Assembly: GCA_044892525.1 (NCBI GenBank)
Contig: CM097885.1
Location: 15,936,001-15,996,000 of the forward strand
DNA: 60,000 nt
Reading direction: 5' to 3'
Source: Schmidtea polychroa
Lineage: Eukaryota
The position numbers and the translations under genes were made by a program. The notes beneath the pieces were generated by a model. That model was not told the DNA's origin. It saw only the letters and a list, made by a program, of their open reading frames with translations, and did no database searches. Below, piece by piece: positions 28,257 to 40,705 of the stretch. How positions within the stretch are numbered: the first letter of the stretch is position 1; each line of letters starts with the position of its first letter.

Positions 28257-28739
28257 ATAATAATAATAAGAATAATAATAATAATATAAAACGAAGATTC
28301 CTTGCCAGTAGCATCGATTAAAAATAAAATAATTAATAAATAAAGTTCTAAGATTTCAGTGCAAATTTCATATTTAATAAAAAAATAAATGAGAATTTTC
28401 GACTATGAAATAATCTTATTTAATTGATTGAAAAATAAATAATAAAATTCCACTACTGGTCAATGTAGGCAAGGTGATTGCTCGCCATATATTCTCAGGA
28501 AATGGCCATAGTTTGCCTTTTGATGGACATGAAGGACATTTTGTATCCGGCTATTGCTGGAGGTAATATTTTATATGGATGACACGTGTCAGCTGCCTGA
28601 GAGCCACAGGAATATCCTAGAAGGCCACTATTAGCATAGAAAGGAACTTATTTACTCCTTCACTCACCAATGAGAATGAATAATAATTTAACATTATGCC
28701 ATTTTCGCATCTAATGCTTTACTGATCCATCTCAGCCAT

Positions 28740-28905
28740 GTAGAGGCGCCATTGAAAGCTTGGTCAGACCGCGTGCCAATACTCATGCTCATTGCGGAAA
28801 ATCCAGTCAAATCGCCTTCATTGCCCTCATAAACATTACACAAATGCACTCAGTCTGGGACACATTTCTCGCTATCCGTTCTGAGTAAGCATCCGTTTGT
28901 ACAGC
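28740..28905. repeat. Dispersed repeat, second copy at about 56157-56317
   Basis: gccattgaaagcttggtca...gcatccgtttgtacag shared. Confidence 0.8.
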
Positions 28906-29696
28906 TCCTTTCATGCATGCCATCTGATATGTCAGTGTGGGATCTTGTCTGTGTACAAGTTTCCACACCTTTAAATTGAGGATCTAGAAAGGATAAAATC
29001 AAATTCCTAATAAGTCACGTCACAATGTATCAATGCGTTCGATGAAATAACAAAAAACAATGAAAGATGACCACGACTACTGTTGAATGACATCAGAATG
29101 GTCCTGACAATTGCTCAATGGTGTCCATTAATTGGATTAATATTAAAAAATATAAAACAAATGTTTGATTTTTTGCTGAATCTGCTGTGACCGATTTCTG
29201 TGCCATATTTATGTACATCTATCAAAACATACACTCTCCAGGACATTCACTAGCACAGTGAACTACAATTTGATAGAATCAATTTAATTAAGTGTCAATT
29301 AGGCATTGCATTGATCACAGATTTCATAAAATTATACAAATATTCGTTACAATTTAATTTTTTATTGTGTTAAATCTAATCCAATTTATCAATATTGCTT
29401 TGTGCATTTGATGTTTTATCATTGCAACTATGTCACAATAAAATGTTATAAAATTATAATTTAAATAATTTTGTAATATTTAAAATAAATGAGAAAAAAA
29501 TTAACATTAATAATATTTTGATTTGCGCTAAAAGTTAAAAAACAATATTTATAAAATGTTTGTTTATCTACATCAAAATACAAATTATAAATATTGAAAT
29601 TGTCAACGTCAGACGAAATAATTAATATAATAAGTATGATTTATGATTGTTGTAAAATGTTGAAATATTTTGATAATATTGTTAATTTTAGATAAA

Positions 29697-31556
29697 ATGT
29701 TTGCAATCGTATGGGAAATGATGAAGAGGAATAAATTTGAATTTGATAATGAAATCAGCATTGAATTGATATGCAGAATTTGCAAGTGTTTAATGATAAA
29801 AGCTTGCAATGCTCCTTGCGGTTGTCGCTTTTGTTCTGATTGCATTGAGCAATATTTGGATGGAAAAGATAAATTCTGTCCAGGAGCATCAAAACATTGT
29901 GGAAAGAAAATGATCAATTTCAAAAAAGATGTTTCTGAAGATCATGCAGCCAATTTAAGGATTTCAGAAGTGATAGTGAGATGCCCAATGCAAAATTGTC
30001 AATTCAAAGATGAATTAGAAGTGATGGAAAGCCACATGAGTACATGCACCAAGAACACTGATCAGATCAGTAATATATGCAATGAGATGCAAGCAATGAG
30101 AGATGAGAATGTGACATTGCGTAATGAAATTATCAATATCAATGTAAAATTTTATTTGTAATTAATTTTATTGATATTTGTGATTGTAGGTGAAACAGAG
30201 CAATATTGAAAGGAAAGAGGCGGAGAACAAAGGAGAAATAGAAGAATTGAATGAGGAAATGGTGGCATTGAAGAATGCGAACCGCTCATTGAGAATGGAT
30301 ATGGAGACAAATATTGGATCAATCAGTCAAGTTTGATTATTGATTTGATTTACTATTGATTTGTTATTGACGCAAAGCAGGTCAGACAGCAAATTGAGGC
30401 GATTGAATCAAAATGTCAACAGCAAATTGATGAGATGAGAGAGAAATGCGAACAGCGGCTGCAACAAGGGGATGAAAAGGTGATTTATTGATTTATTGAA
30501 ATATTTGATTTTGAGATTCAGTTGCAGCTTGAAATGGCGAAATGCGCCAATGATATACGGCAGAATGAATCAAAATATCAACATCAAATTGATGAGTTGA
30601 AAGAGAAATGCGAGCAACGTTTGCAACAGGTCAGACTGCAAATTGAGGCGATTGAATCGCCTCAAATGAGAGAAATAATTCAATTGGCATTTTTAATTAT
30701 TATCTTGATGCTCATGGCAGCTCAAATTCGGCAGAATGAAACAAAATGTCAACAGCAAATTGATGAGACGAAAGAGAAATACGAGCAGCAGTTGGAACAG
30801 GGGAATGAAAAGGTGATTTATTGATTTATTGAAATGTTTGAATTTGAGATTCAGTCGCAGCTTGAAATGGCGAAATATGTCAATGAAATTCGGCAGAATG
30901 AATCAAAATATCAACATCAAATTGATGAGATGAAAGAGAAATACGAGCAGCGGTTGCAACAGGGGAATGAAAAGGTGATTTATTGATTTATTGAAATGTT
31001 TGAATTTGAGATTCAGTCGCAGCTTGAAATGGCGAAAAGCGCCAATGAAATTCGGCAGATTGAAACAAAATTAGCAAATGAAAAATATATAAATTATGGA
31101 TTTTTTGAATGGCAAATCGATAAATTTTCACAAGAAAAGAGAAATGAAATTATTTACAGCGAGGCATTTTATTCCGGGCCAATCGGTTACAAAATGTGCT
31201 TGTGGTTGGGGACTAGTGGTGATTTGTTTGGGATTTTTAATTGGGTTAATGTTGGTTTCTGTTTGATGCGTGGGGCAAATGATGAGCAATTGGATTGGCC
31301 GTTCAATCAATCCGTGACAATCGATGTGATCGATCCAGAAAATGGCAACATTTATATGAGCAAGTTTATGAAATATTCAGATCGCCCTCTTGATGCCGGA
31401 TGGAGGAAACCGTCACAAGACAGAAATGATCCAATTGGCATTTATTATGAGTATTATGATGTCAGCTCAATCTATAAATTAGCAGCCAAAAGTGATAAAT
31501 TGCTGCTCAGGTGCAGAATTGAAAAATTCTTACAAATTAAAAAAACAAATCAATAA
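29697..31556 (+). CDS. TRAF-like copy 3 (second zinc finger deleted, expanded coiled-coil exons)
   Basis: Same exon structure as copy 1; first exon 36 codons shorter; exons start near 30190, 30381, 30522, 30855 and 31017; MATH open. Confidence 0.8.
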
Positions 31557-32518
31557 AAATTGATTTATTTTGGCTTTTGATTTGTTTTATTGTTTGCATT
31601 TTTTATTATATTTATTATATGAGATAATTATTGTGGTAATTATTGTCATTCTCGCCTTCCATCCGATATCATCATCACTTGGCGGAGCGCTCACAGCAAA
31701 TTGCCAATTGCAATATCAACATCAATTATATAATTAAATAAAAGCAATTTAATTAAATCAAAACATTTAATATAAATTTGAATAATTATTATAATTAAAT
31801 TAATAATTAATTTGAAAGAAATGAAATTAAAATTCACCCGAATATAAGCGCTGACAAATCGCCTCAACAAATCAAACGCTCCTATGACGAGTGGAACTGA
31901 CGAAAAAACCGCCGCTGATGTTATATGAGTTTTGGATAAATTATTGCTGTACTGAATGGCAGTAAAATGCACCTAAATGCAATACTAACACCGCGTTATA
32001 TCAAATTGAATTCTTTGAATTTTACTTATTAACAAACAACGAAATTTATCTTGAAATCTTGAAATTATAAAAAAGGGGATCATTTAGGAAATTTATAAAT
32101 GAGGTTTTAAAGTGAAGTTGAGTCCAATACCTAATCTACATCAATACCTTGTGGTGATAAGTGACGGTTATGGAGTTTAAGGCGGGGGGGGGGTTATTTA
32201 TAAAATTTATAAATTATAATCTTAAATTAAACGTAAGTTGAGCATACATAATAAAGTAATTTACATTAGCGAATTTGGTACTTGATTGATGGTCATATTA
32301 CTTGAGGGGCATAAATGAAATTATAATTTTAAAATTCAAAATTTTAATTAGACATTTCTAAGAAAACAATTTACATTAATACATTTAGGATGAGATTAGT
32401 AGCAGTGGCACTTTAAGAGGTCAAAAATAAAATTTGTAAATTAATATTTTAATTCTCAAATACAAGATGAATAAATATATAGATAATCTATATTAGGGAA
32501 ATTCTTAATAAGTAGATG

Positions 32519-33395
32519 ACTCTTAGCAATACACAAAGCAATCAAACACTTCCAACATTTATTCGAAGGACGAAACTTAAAAATATTCACAGATCACAAA
32601 CCGCTAACTAACGCAATCATAATAAAGAACCCCTCACCAAGTCAAATTAGACAATTCAACTTCATTTTACAATTTAACTGCACAATAAACTACGTAGCGG
32701 GAAAATAAACATAGCAGCTGACGCTCTATCAAGAAACGAAAGTGACATAAACTCCCTGGAATTCGAAAACATAATCAAATTGGATCAAATTAAATCCAAA
32801 CAAAACGAAACAATTAACAAACTTCCCACTAAACACAGTTTGAAACTACAAGAACTCAACGGAGTATGGCACGACGTCTCCAACAAAAGCAACAAACGAA
32901 TATTACTTCAGGAGGAATTCCGTGAAAACTGCATCGAAAAGATACACAAGATTAATCACTCTGGAAACAAAGTAACATTCGAACTAATAAACAACAATTA
33001 TATATGGCCTAAAATGCGGAAAGACATCAAAAACTACGTCAAGAGAGTTCACAGCTGCCAGTTAAATAAAACAACAAAAAACTCAAACCTCTAAAAGTAA
33101 ACTTCCCAAGCAGCGAAGTCTTCTAAACAATACACACAGATATTGTAGGACCACTACCACCAAAAGACAACTACAAATACCTGTTGACAATTATAGACAG
33201 CAAATCCAACTGGTTCGAAGTAATCCCAATAGAAGAAATCACCGCAAAAAATATATGTGAAATGATCGAATTAAATTGAATAGCTTGTTATGGCCAACCG
33301 AAAACATTCATAACCGATCAAGACAGACAGTTCGAATCAGAAATGTTCAAAATACTCTGCAACAAATACAACATCAAAAAGAACCGAACAACAGC
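32519..33395 (+). mobile_element. Degenerate Gypsy RNaseH/integrase fragment (paralog of 4256-5030)
   Basis: Same motifs, with stops and frameshifts. Confidence 0.85.
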
Positions 33396-34249
33396 TTTCT
33401 TTGCAGTATTGGGCCAGAACGACTGGAAAACCTTTAATTCCCTTGTATATCTCCTCAACTGACTTCTATATATCCAAAACTTCGTAACCTAGAATATCTT
33501 TTTTTCTAACTACAATAATAACTAAAAAAAGGAAAATTACAACACATTTATAACGAACATTCATTTAATTTTTGATGTTGCACAAGTCTAATAAGAATCC
33601 ATAGAGTTACAGAATTACATCAAGTCTGAAATTTGAGTCGTCTAAATCAGCATTAAAGAAAATATAAGGCTGCTGGGCCAGTGTGATGGTGGATTGGGTT
33701 GTACTTGTTGAAGGCATTGGAGGGATTAATTGGAGAATTAATAGCGGCTAACTCGGCTAGCCATCGGGCATTTGCCCGCTGTCGGCGCAGTCTGTGGGTC
33801 TCTGCGTATTGATTTCAATTTGCCGGAGATGGAGTCGCTATTGGTACTGGTACTACGGAAACTGGTTGGGGCGTTGGAACTTGAGTTGTTTAAACAGGTT
33901 CTACTACACCACTGCTGGGAGGTAAGTGATGACTGAAGATCACATCTAAGTTCATTAAGGCCGCTCCTTGTGTGATTCGAGCTTCCAATTATTTTGCCGT
34001 GTACATCTTGGGCAACGGCTCATGTTTTTTTCTAATTACTAACCGTTGCGCCAGACTTTCCGTTACAATTTCCTGTCTAGTCCAGTCTAAGTGAAAGATG
34101 CGCTGATGTAATGTATGGGCCTTATCTGGTGAGAACCAAGTTGCCTCAAACTGATTTAGTCCTTTTGGTTTTCTTCTCGGTTGCTTCCTTAATTTCTGGA
34201 TTTATTCTGTCAAATGTACCTCTCTGGGTGAAAGAGTTTTATTAGCCTA

Positions 34250-34770
34250 AGTTGGAAGCTTTTGCCATTTAAAGATGGGAAATTTAACTGATGAAAGTTA
34301 TACGCTTCACACATTTCAAAGAGGAATTTGAAGTCATCACTCCAACCAGGGTTTTCACTCGGTGTGAGTGTCTCTTCTCTTCTATATTATCGCTCAAGAA
34401 TTTCATATTCGCTGGAAACGGATTAAATAAAACTATAGTTCATATTGGGCTTGACCGAACGTGTCGGGACACAATAATCAAGCAAATGGCGAATAATCAG
34501 GTCAAGTACATGGCTTTGGCAACCGATAAACTGTGGTTTTTCTAATATTTTCCTTTCGAACTCTCTTTGAATTCGAATTACACTCCATTTGTTAACAGAT
34601 GTCGTGTCACACGATCATTTGAATATTTTTCCAAGCATCAAACTTGTCTAACAAATTCGTCATTGAATCAAAAATAACGTCTGCTGAGCCACTTTGGCAA
34701 ATGAGAATTCCCAGGTTCAAATAGCGATAATTTAGACCTGACGCTTTCGTTTCGTTGCTGTTGATATAAG
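34250..34770 (-). mobile_element. Decayed hATm-like transposase fragment interrupted by the Gypsy insertion
   Basis: Manual minus-strand reading: LLDKFDAWKNIQMIV..DTTSVN, PQFIGCQSHVLDLII, GWSDDFKFLFE. Confidence 0.5.
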
Positions 34771-36438
34771 TGTAGCCATCCAAATATTAAAATATAAAAT
34801 GTTTTAATATTAGGATAGTTTGTTTAAATATTCAAACATTGTTATTAAAATATAATTTGAAATGTCAGCGTAACCATGAACGGTGCGATGGAAGCCTTCA
34901 ACCAATATCATTTTTCTCAAGGAAACTCAGCTCAACAGAACAAAAATATTCAACATTTGACAGAGAGCTGCTTGCAGTTTACCTGTCCGTTAAAAATTTT
35001 AAGCACTACCTGGAATCAAACGAATTCTGTCTAAAAACTGATCATAAGCCGCTCATTCACATGAGTTCGATGAAAAACCCTTCAAATCGTCAATGGCGAT
35101 GGATCAACTACATTTACCAGTTTAACTTCAACATTCATCACACAAGAGGTCAAGACAATCAAGTTGCTGACTTTCTATCGCGACAAAGGGAGACAGAACC
35201 TCAAGAAGCCATAGTTAATAATATCAAGCTAACAGAATTAATTATCCAACAAAAAGACGAATCCTTTATTAAATCACTGAAATCAACGACTTTGAAGTTA
35301 CAGGAAACTGAAAATGGCGTTCTTGTTGATGTCAACAACAACATCGTCAGGATAATTCTACCCGAAGTCTTTAGACGGCTAGAATTCAACCGTCTACATA
35401 ACAGGCGCCACCCTGGGGCAAATGCGACGATCAAAATGATTAAACAGAAATATGTTTGGCCAAAAATGAGAAGTCAGATACGTAAATGGTGTAAAGAATG
35501 CGAATCATGCCAAAAGAACAAGATAAATAGACATACTAAATCAAAACTAGGACAACTACCAGACAGAGGTAAATTTAAAATAATTCATATTGACATAGTA
35601 GGTCCATTGCCCTCAGTCAACAACAAAAGGTTTCTTTTGACAATCATTGACAGATTCTCCTCATGGCCGGAAGCTTTTGCAATAAATGAAATAAACAGCT
35701 CAAGCATAGTTAATATACTCGAAAAAGAATGGATTCCTCGATATGGAGCGCCAGAAATTGTCATTACTGACAATGGCAGACAATTTGTCTCATCAACTTT
35801 CAAGGAGCTGTGCTCAAAATATGCCATCGAACATCGACATACAACTGCATACCATCCTCAGTGTAATGGCAAAGTCGAAAGATGGCACAGAACATTAAAA
35901 GCAGCTCTTCGAACACATTCCGACAATGCCAATAGAAGTTGGGCTAACGACATACCGGCAGTTATGCTTGGCTTAAGAAACGTCACATCAGAAGAAACCG
36001 GTCTATCACCAATGCAAGCGGTTTTTGGAACCGATTCCAGAATGCCAGGTGACATCGTACTAAAAAAATTGAAGAAACGCAAATGCAACGAAAGGTCATA
36101 CTTTCCGAAAGAATTAAAAACATGCAGTCACGTATGGATGGTCAAAGAATCAAGGTCTTCCCTTCAACCAATATATGAAGGACGCTTCAAGGTCATTAGT
36201 CGCAGTGAAGATTTCAAAACATATCAAATTGAACAAAATTCAAAGATAGTCAGAGTCTCAGTTGACAGACTAAAAGCCGCATTTTCAAGTTAAGATACTC
36301 CATAATCTACGTTGGGGGTTTATGTAGCCATCCAAATATTAAAATATAAAATGTTTTAATATTAGGATAGTTTGTTTAAATATTCAAACATTGTTATTAA
36401 AATATAATTTGAAATGTCAGCGTGTTCTTCTCCCAACA
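34771..36438 (+). mobile_element. Internally deleted Gypsy element with 116-bp LTR
   Basis: LTR 36323-36438 (TGTAGCC...CCAACA); identical 101-bp partial 5' LTR 34771-34871; TSD ATAAG; G-tract before the 3' LTR. Confidence 0.9.
34872..36293 (+). CDS. Gypsy RNase H and integrase, open but N-terminally deleted
   Basis: YSTFDRELLA, TDHKPL, HPG...CESCQ, HIDIVGPLP, ITDNGRQF, GKVERWHRTLK, YEGRF. Confidence 0.9.
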   Translation, partial: NHERCDGSLQPISFFSRKLSSTEQKYSTFDRELLAVYLSVKNFKHYLESNEFCLKTDHKPLIHMSSMKNPSNRQWRWINYIYQFNFNIHHTRGQDNQVADFLSRQRETEPQEAIVNNIKLTELIIQQKDESFIKSLKSTTLKLQETENGVLVDVNNNIVRIILPEVFRRLEFNRLHNRRHPGANATIKMIKQKYVWPKMRSQIRKWCKECESCQKNKINRHTKSKLGQLPDRGKFKIIHIDIVGPLPSVNNKRFLLTIIDRFSSWPEAFAINEINSSSIVNILEKEWIPRYGAPEIVITDNGRQFVSSTFKELCSKYAIEHRHTTAYHPQCNGKVERWHRTLKAALRTHSDNANRSWANDIPAVMLGLRNVTSEETGLSPMQAVFGTDSRMPGDIVLKKLKKRKCNERSYFPKELKTCSHVWMVKESRSSLQPIYEGRFKVISRSEDFKTYQIEQNSKIVRVSVDRLKAAFSS

Positions 36439-37490
36439 ATAAGTTTAAATGAACTCCCAATTTTGGAAGTTTTTGATAAAGTAATGAGAATGGAATTGAA
36501 AGAGCGAGAAAATAAACATTATTTAAACAACATTCTATAATATAGGATTCCTATATATGACACAATTAGCTCTTTTCAGCTGAAATCAGAACTTTATTTT
36601 TAAACGTTATTAATCAGATAAATTAAGAATTATCACATTATTGTTACTCTGTTTCCATTATAGAATTGGAGGCATAGAATGGTAAACAACGACAATCTGG
36701 TAGGACTGTTTCTTAAATGTAACATTTAGCTTGGAAATTAGGGTTTTTAAATAGGAATATTAACTAGAAAATCTAAAAAAACACCTAGATCACACTTTGC
36801 CATATAATTTTTAGATCCTTATGAGAGCGCCACGGTTTTTCAAAATTTAATAACCCCGACAGCAAAAATGCGATTTACAAAAAAATGTTTGCTTTACAGG
36901 CAAGCATTGCTATTTTATATACGACTCTATTTAATGATGAGAGCAATTATCTCAACATATCACAATTATAATAGCGATATAGATGTTATTAATATAATAA
37001 AGATATAAATGGCAGAGATCAATTATGATATAAATCGGAACCACAGCCACAATAGAACGACTAAATAACACTGATCGTAATCATACAAAGATGATAGTCA
37101 TGAAAGTGGGAATAATCATAATAGTACTGGTAGGTTTCAGGTAAACTATATTTTACACTCTAGTATTGTAGTAGGAACCCAAAAAGCTTTACGTGAAACT
37201 TTGGCAATAAACCGGATAGGAATAAGTCAGAGAATCGGTAACTCCTCCATATTAATTATTTAATTCCTGTAAAGTACATTGATTTCATAAACATAACAGC
37301 CTGTTTCATGTAACTCGTGCGACTGTCAAGCAAACATTAATAAAATCTAAAACCAACAAAAATCAAAAAATACAGAAGAAACGTTTATTTACAAATTGTA
37401 AGCTTAAATAATCGTTTAAAATATACGCGGCATTTGTACAGATCCAATCGCATCATCCAATAGAATTGTGTATCACCGACACAAAATGTG

Positions 37491-37523
<33 letters not shown>

Positions 37524-38038
37524 TATAGAAAGGGCAATAAAAACAGTACAAATCAAAAATATTAAAATTCTATTTAGTTCAATTAAAAATGTATATAATT
37601 ATTAATAATAATGATAATATCATGGTAACCAGGGAGGAGCATAGATACATATATATGTACACGTACCGCTGCTAGATGATGGTGTAAATATATCCCAGTG
37701 CTATAAGGCGCTGCTGTCCATACCAGTGAGGGGTGATACCGATGTGTTGCTATTACCGTTGCTAATCATCATCATCATCATCATAATAATAATAATAGTT
37801 ATTACAAGCACAGATCATTACAACCATATATACATATACATCACAGGCCAAATGGCTTCAATAAATCCACACAAACACATATCATATTATATTATATATT
37901 ATATATCATATCATTCTCTCTGGCAGCCCCTCATCTGAATTTCGCTTCGATGACAACCATTTTCTTTTTAGATCTGGACTTACCAGATTTAGTTTTTGAA
38001 TTGTTGACAGCTGGTGGTGGAGTAGTTTTTTCAATGTC

Positions 38039-38039
<1 letters not shown>

Positions 38040-38109
<70 letters not shown>

Positions 38110-39150
38110 TAAAAAAAATTAATTAATTTTATAATAAAATAATAATTAATTAAATAATAAATAAAATATAAGAAAAATAAATAATAATATTTAAAATAAT
38201 AAATAGTAATAATTAATAAAATATTATTAAATAAAAATAATTATGAGCGATTATTAATTAATGTAAAATATATTAAAAATAATTAATTAATTTTAATAAA
38301 ATTATAAAAATTTAAATAATAAAATTTTAATAGTAGAGTAATAATAAAATCGAATTTTTATTATTAAAAAAAAATATTAACAAAATTTAAATAATAGAAT
38401 ATAATTGATATTATTCAGTCTTAATAAAAATAAATAAATAATATTTAAAATAATATTTACAAAAAAATTAATATTAATAATTAATAAAATATAATTTAAA
38501 TTTTAATTTAAAAATAATATATAAAAATAATAAAAAATTAATAATAAAATAAAAAATATTAATAAAAATACATAAAAACTAATAATATTTAAAATAATTA
38601 AAAAAAATATTAATAAAATGTGATTAAATAAAAACAATTGTTTAAGAAAATTAAATAATAGTAAGATATTGGAATTGAAAATTTTCAGTCTTAATAATAG
38701 TAATTAATTGAAAAAAAAATATATTAAAAATAATTAATTAAAAATATTACGAACAAAAATTAAATGATAATGGAATTTTTAGTCTTAATAATAATATATT
38801 TTAATAATAATTAATTAAATAATGAAATGAATAAAGTAATAATGAAATCTATTTTTTCCAGTCTTAATAATAATAATTAATAATAAATAAAATATAATAA
38901 AAATTAAAAATAATATATAAAAATAATCAAATAATAAAAAATATTATTAAAAAATAAATATTAACAAAAATTTAATAATTAGATGAAGTTGATAAATAAA
39001 AATACATAAAAACTAATAATATTTAAAATAATACTTACAAAAAAATTAACAAAAATAAAATAATAAAATGTCATAGAAATTAATAATTAATAAATACAAA
39101 TAATAATAAAATATATGATTAAATAAAAATGATATAATAGTGAAAATCGA
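38040..39150. repeat. (AAT)n plus extreme AT low-complexity intron
   Basis: Directly visible. Confidence 0.85.
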
Positions 39151-40024
39151 TAGCTAACCTGCCAAGTGTCCACTGCTTGATAGTCAGAAAGCTCCTGGCG
39201 TTTAGCGATAAATTCCAATACAAAATTGCAGGTGAACTTAGAATCGCCCAGTCACTGGATAGCCATTTCCATAACCTAGAGAAGGAAATCCAAAATCAAA
39301 TCGAATCGCAACCCCTCGACACCCATTACCTCCTCATTTGGCACCTCCTTTAACAACTCGATCACAGTATTTAATTCGAACTCTTCGGAGAATTTAGCGA
39401 GCCTTTTCAAGCACCATTTAGTCAGCTGATCCACTGATCCGATTTCTTGCTTATAATTAGACGCAACTGGCGCTTGATGTTATTGTTGCTGCTGTCTATG
39501 AACCGGATTGATCGATGGCTATTTCATATTACAATTCCATTCCCCATAAATATATAACCATTTTACTTCGTTTATTTTGTGGTTCTGTGGTTTAGAATTG
39601 CACTCGGCCGTTACCACCGCGGCTGGCACCACCACCTTATTATGTACAGGAACATCGCTGGGAATCATATCCCAGATCGATTTGCCAACTGGGATCTGTG
39701 CGGGTTTGGGTGTCTGCTTCAGCAATGACTCCTTGAATGACTACAAGAACAGAAATCATCATCTTCTTGTAATTTTATTCAATTCCAATTCATTACTGTC
39801 ACTTTATTCGTTTCTATTTGATTAACTTTCATTGCTTTTTCTATTTCTTTAGTTTTCTTGGCTTTCAATGCTTCTTCGGCTTGGATTTCTACAAGTGATT
39901 TGGCTGCAGGAGAAACATTTTGAGACAAAGTTTGTCCTGATTTCCAAGTGGAAGGAGTTTCAGTTTTATTTTGACTGGTCTTTAAATTATTCCATTATAA
40001 AGATTTGTATTATAATTACAGAAT

Positions 40025-40705
40025 AATTATTGGATTATTATTGAATTATTATTGAATAATTATTGGATTAATGAATTATTATTGGATTAATGAATTATTA
40101 TTGGATTAATGAATTATTATTGGATTAATGAATTATTATTGGATTAATGAATTAATATATGATTAATGAATAATTATTGGATTAATGAATTATTATTGGA
40201 TTATTGATTTATTATTGGATTAATGAATAATTATTGGATTAATGAATTATTATTGGATTAATGAATAATTATTGGATTAATGAATAATTATTGGATTAAT
40301 GAATTATTATTGGATTAATTAATAATTATTGGATTAATGAATAATTATTGGATTAATGAATTATTATTGGATTAATGAATTATTATTGGATTAATGAATT
40401 ATTATTGGATTAATGAATTATTATTGGATTAATGAATTATTATTGGATTAATGAATTAATATATGATTAATGGATAATAATTGGATTAATGAATTATTAT
40501 TGGATTAATGAATAATTATTGGATTAATGAATAATTATTGGATTAATGAATTATTATTGGATTAATTAATAATTATTGGATTAATGAATAATTATTGGAT
40601 TAATGAATTATTATTGGATTAATGAATAATTATTGGATTAATGAATTATTATTGGATTAATGAATAATTATTGGAATAATGAATTATTATTGCATTAATG
40701 AATTA
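40025..40705. repeat. 19-bp minisatellite GGATTAATGAA(T/A)ATTATT, roughly 35 copies
   Basis: Directly visible tandem array. Confidence 0.92.

Noticed and set aside
39252..39483. Alternative genetic code suggested by in-frame TAA and TGA
   Set aside because: Long ORFs elsewhere contain no such codons and end at TAA/TGA; single-base nonsense changes explain it
40025..40705. CRISPR-like regular repeats (also 51120-51490 and 52095-52665)
   Set aside because: No unique spacers, no cas genes, eukaryotic context
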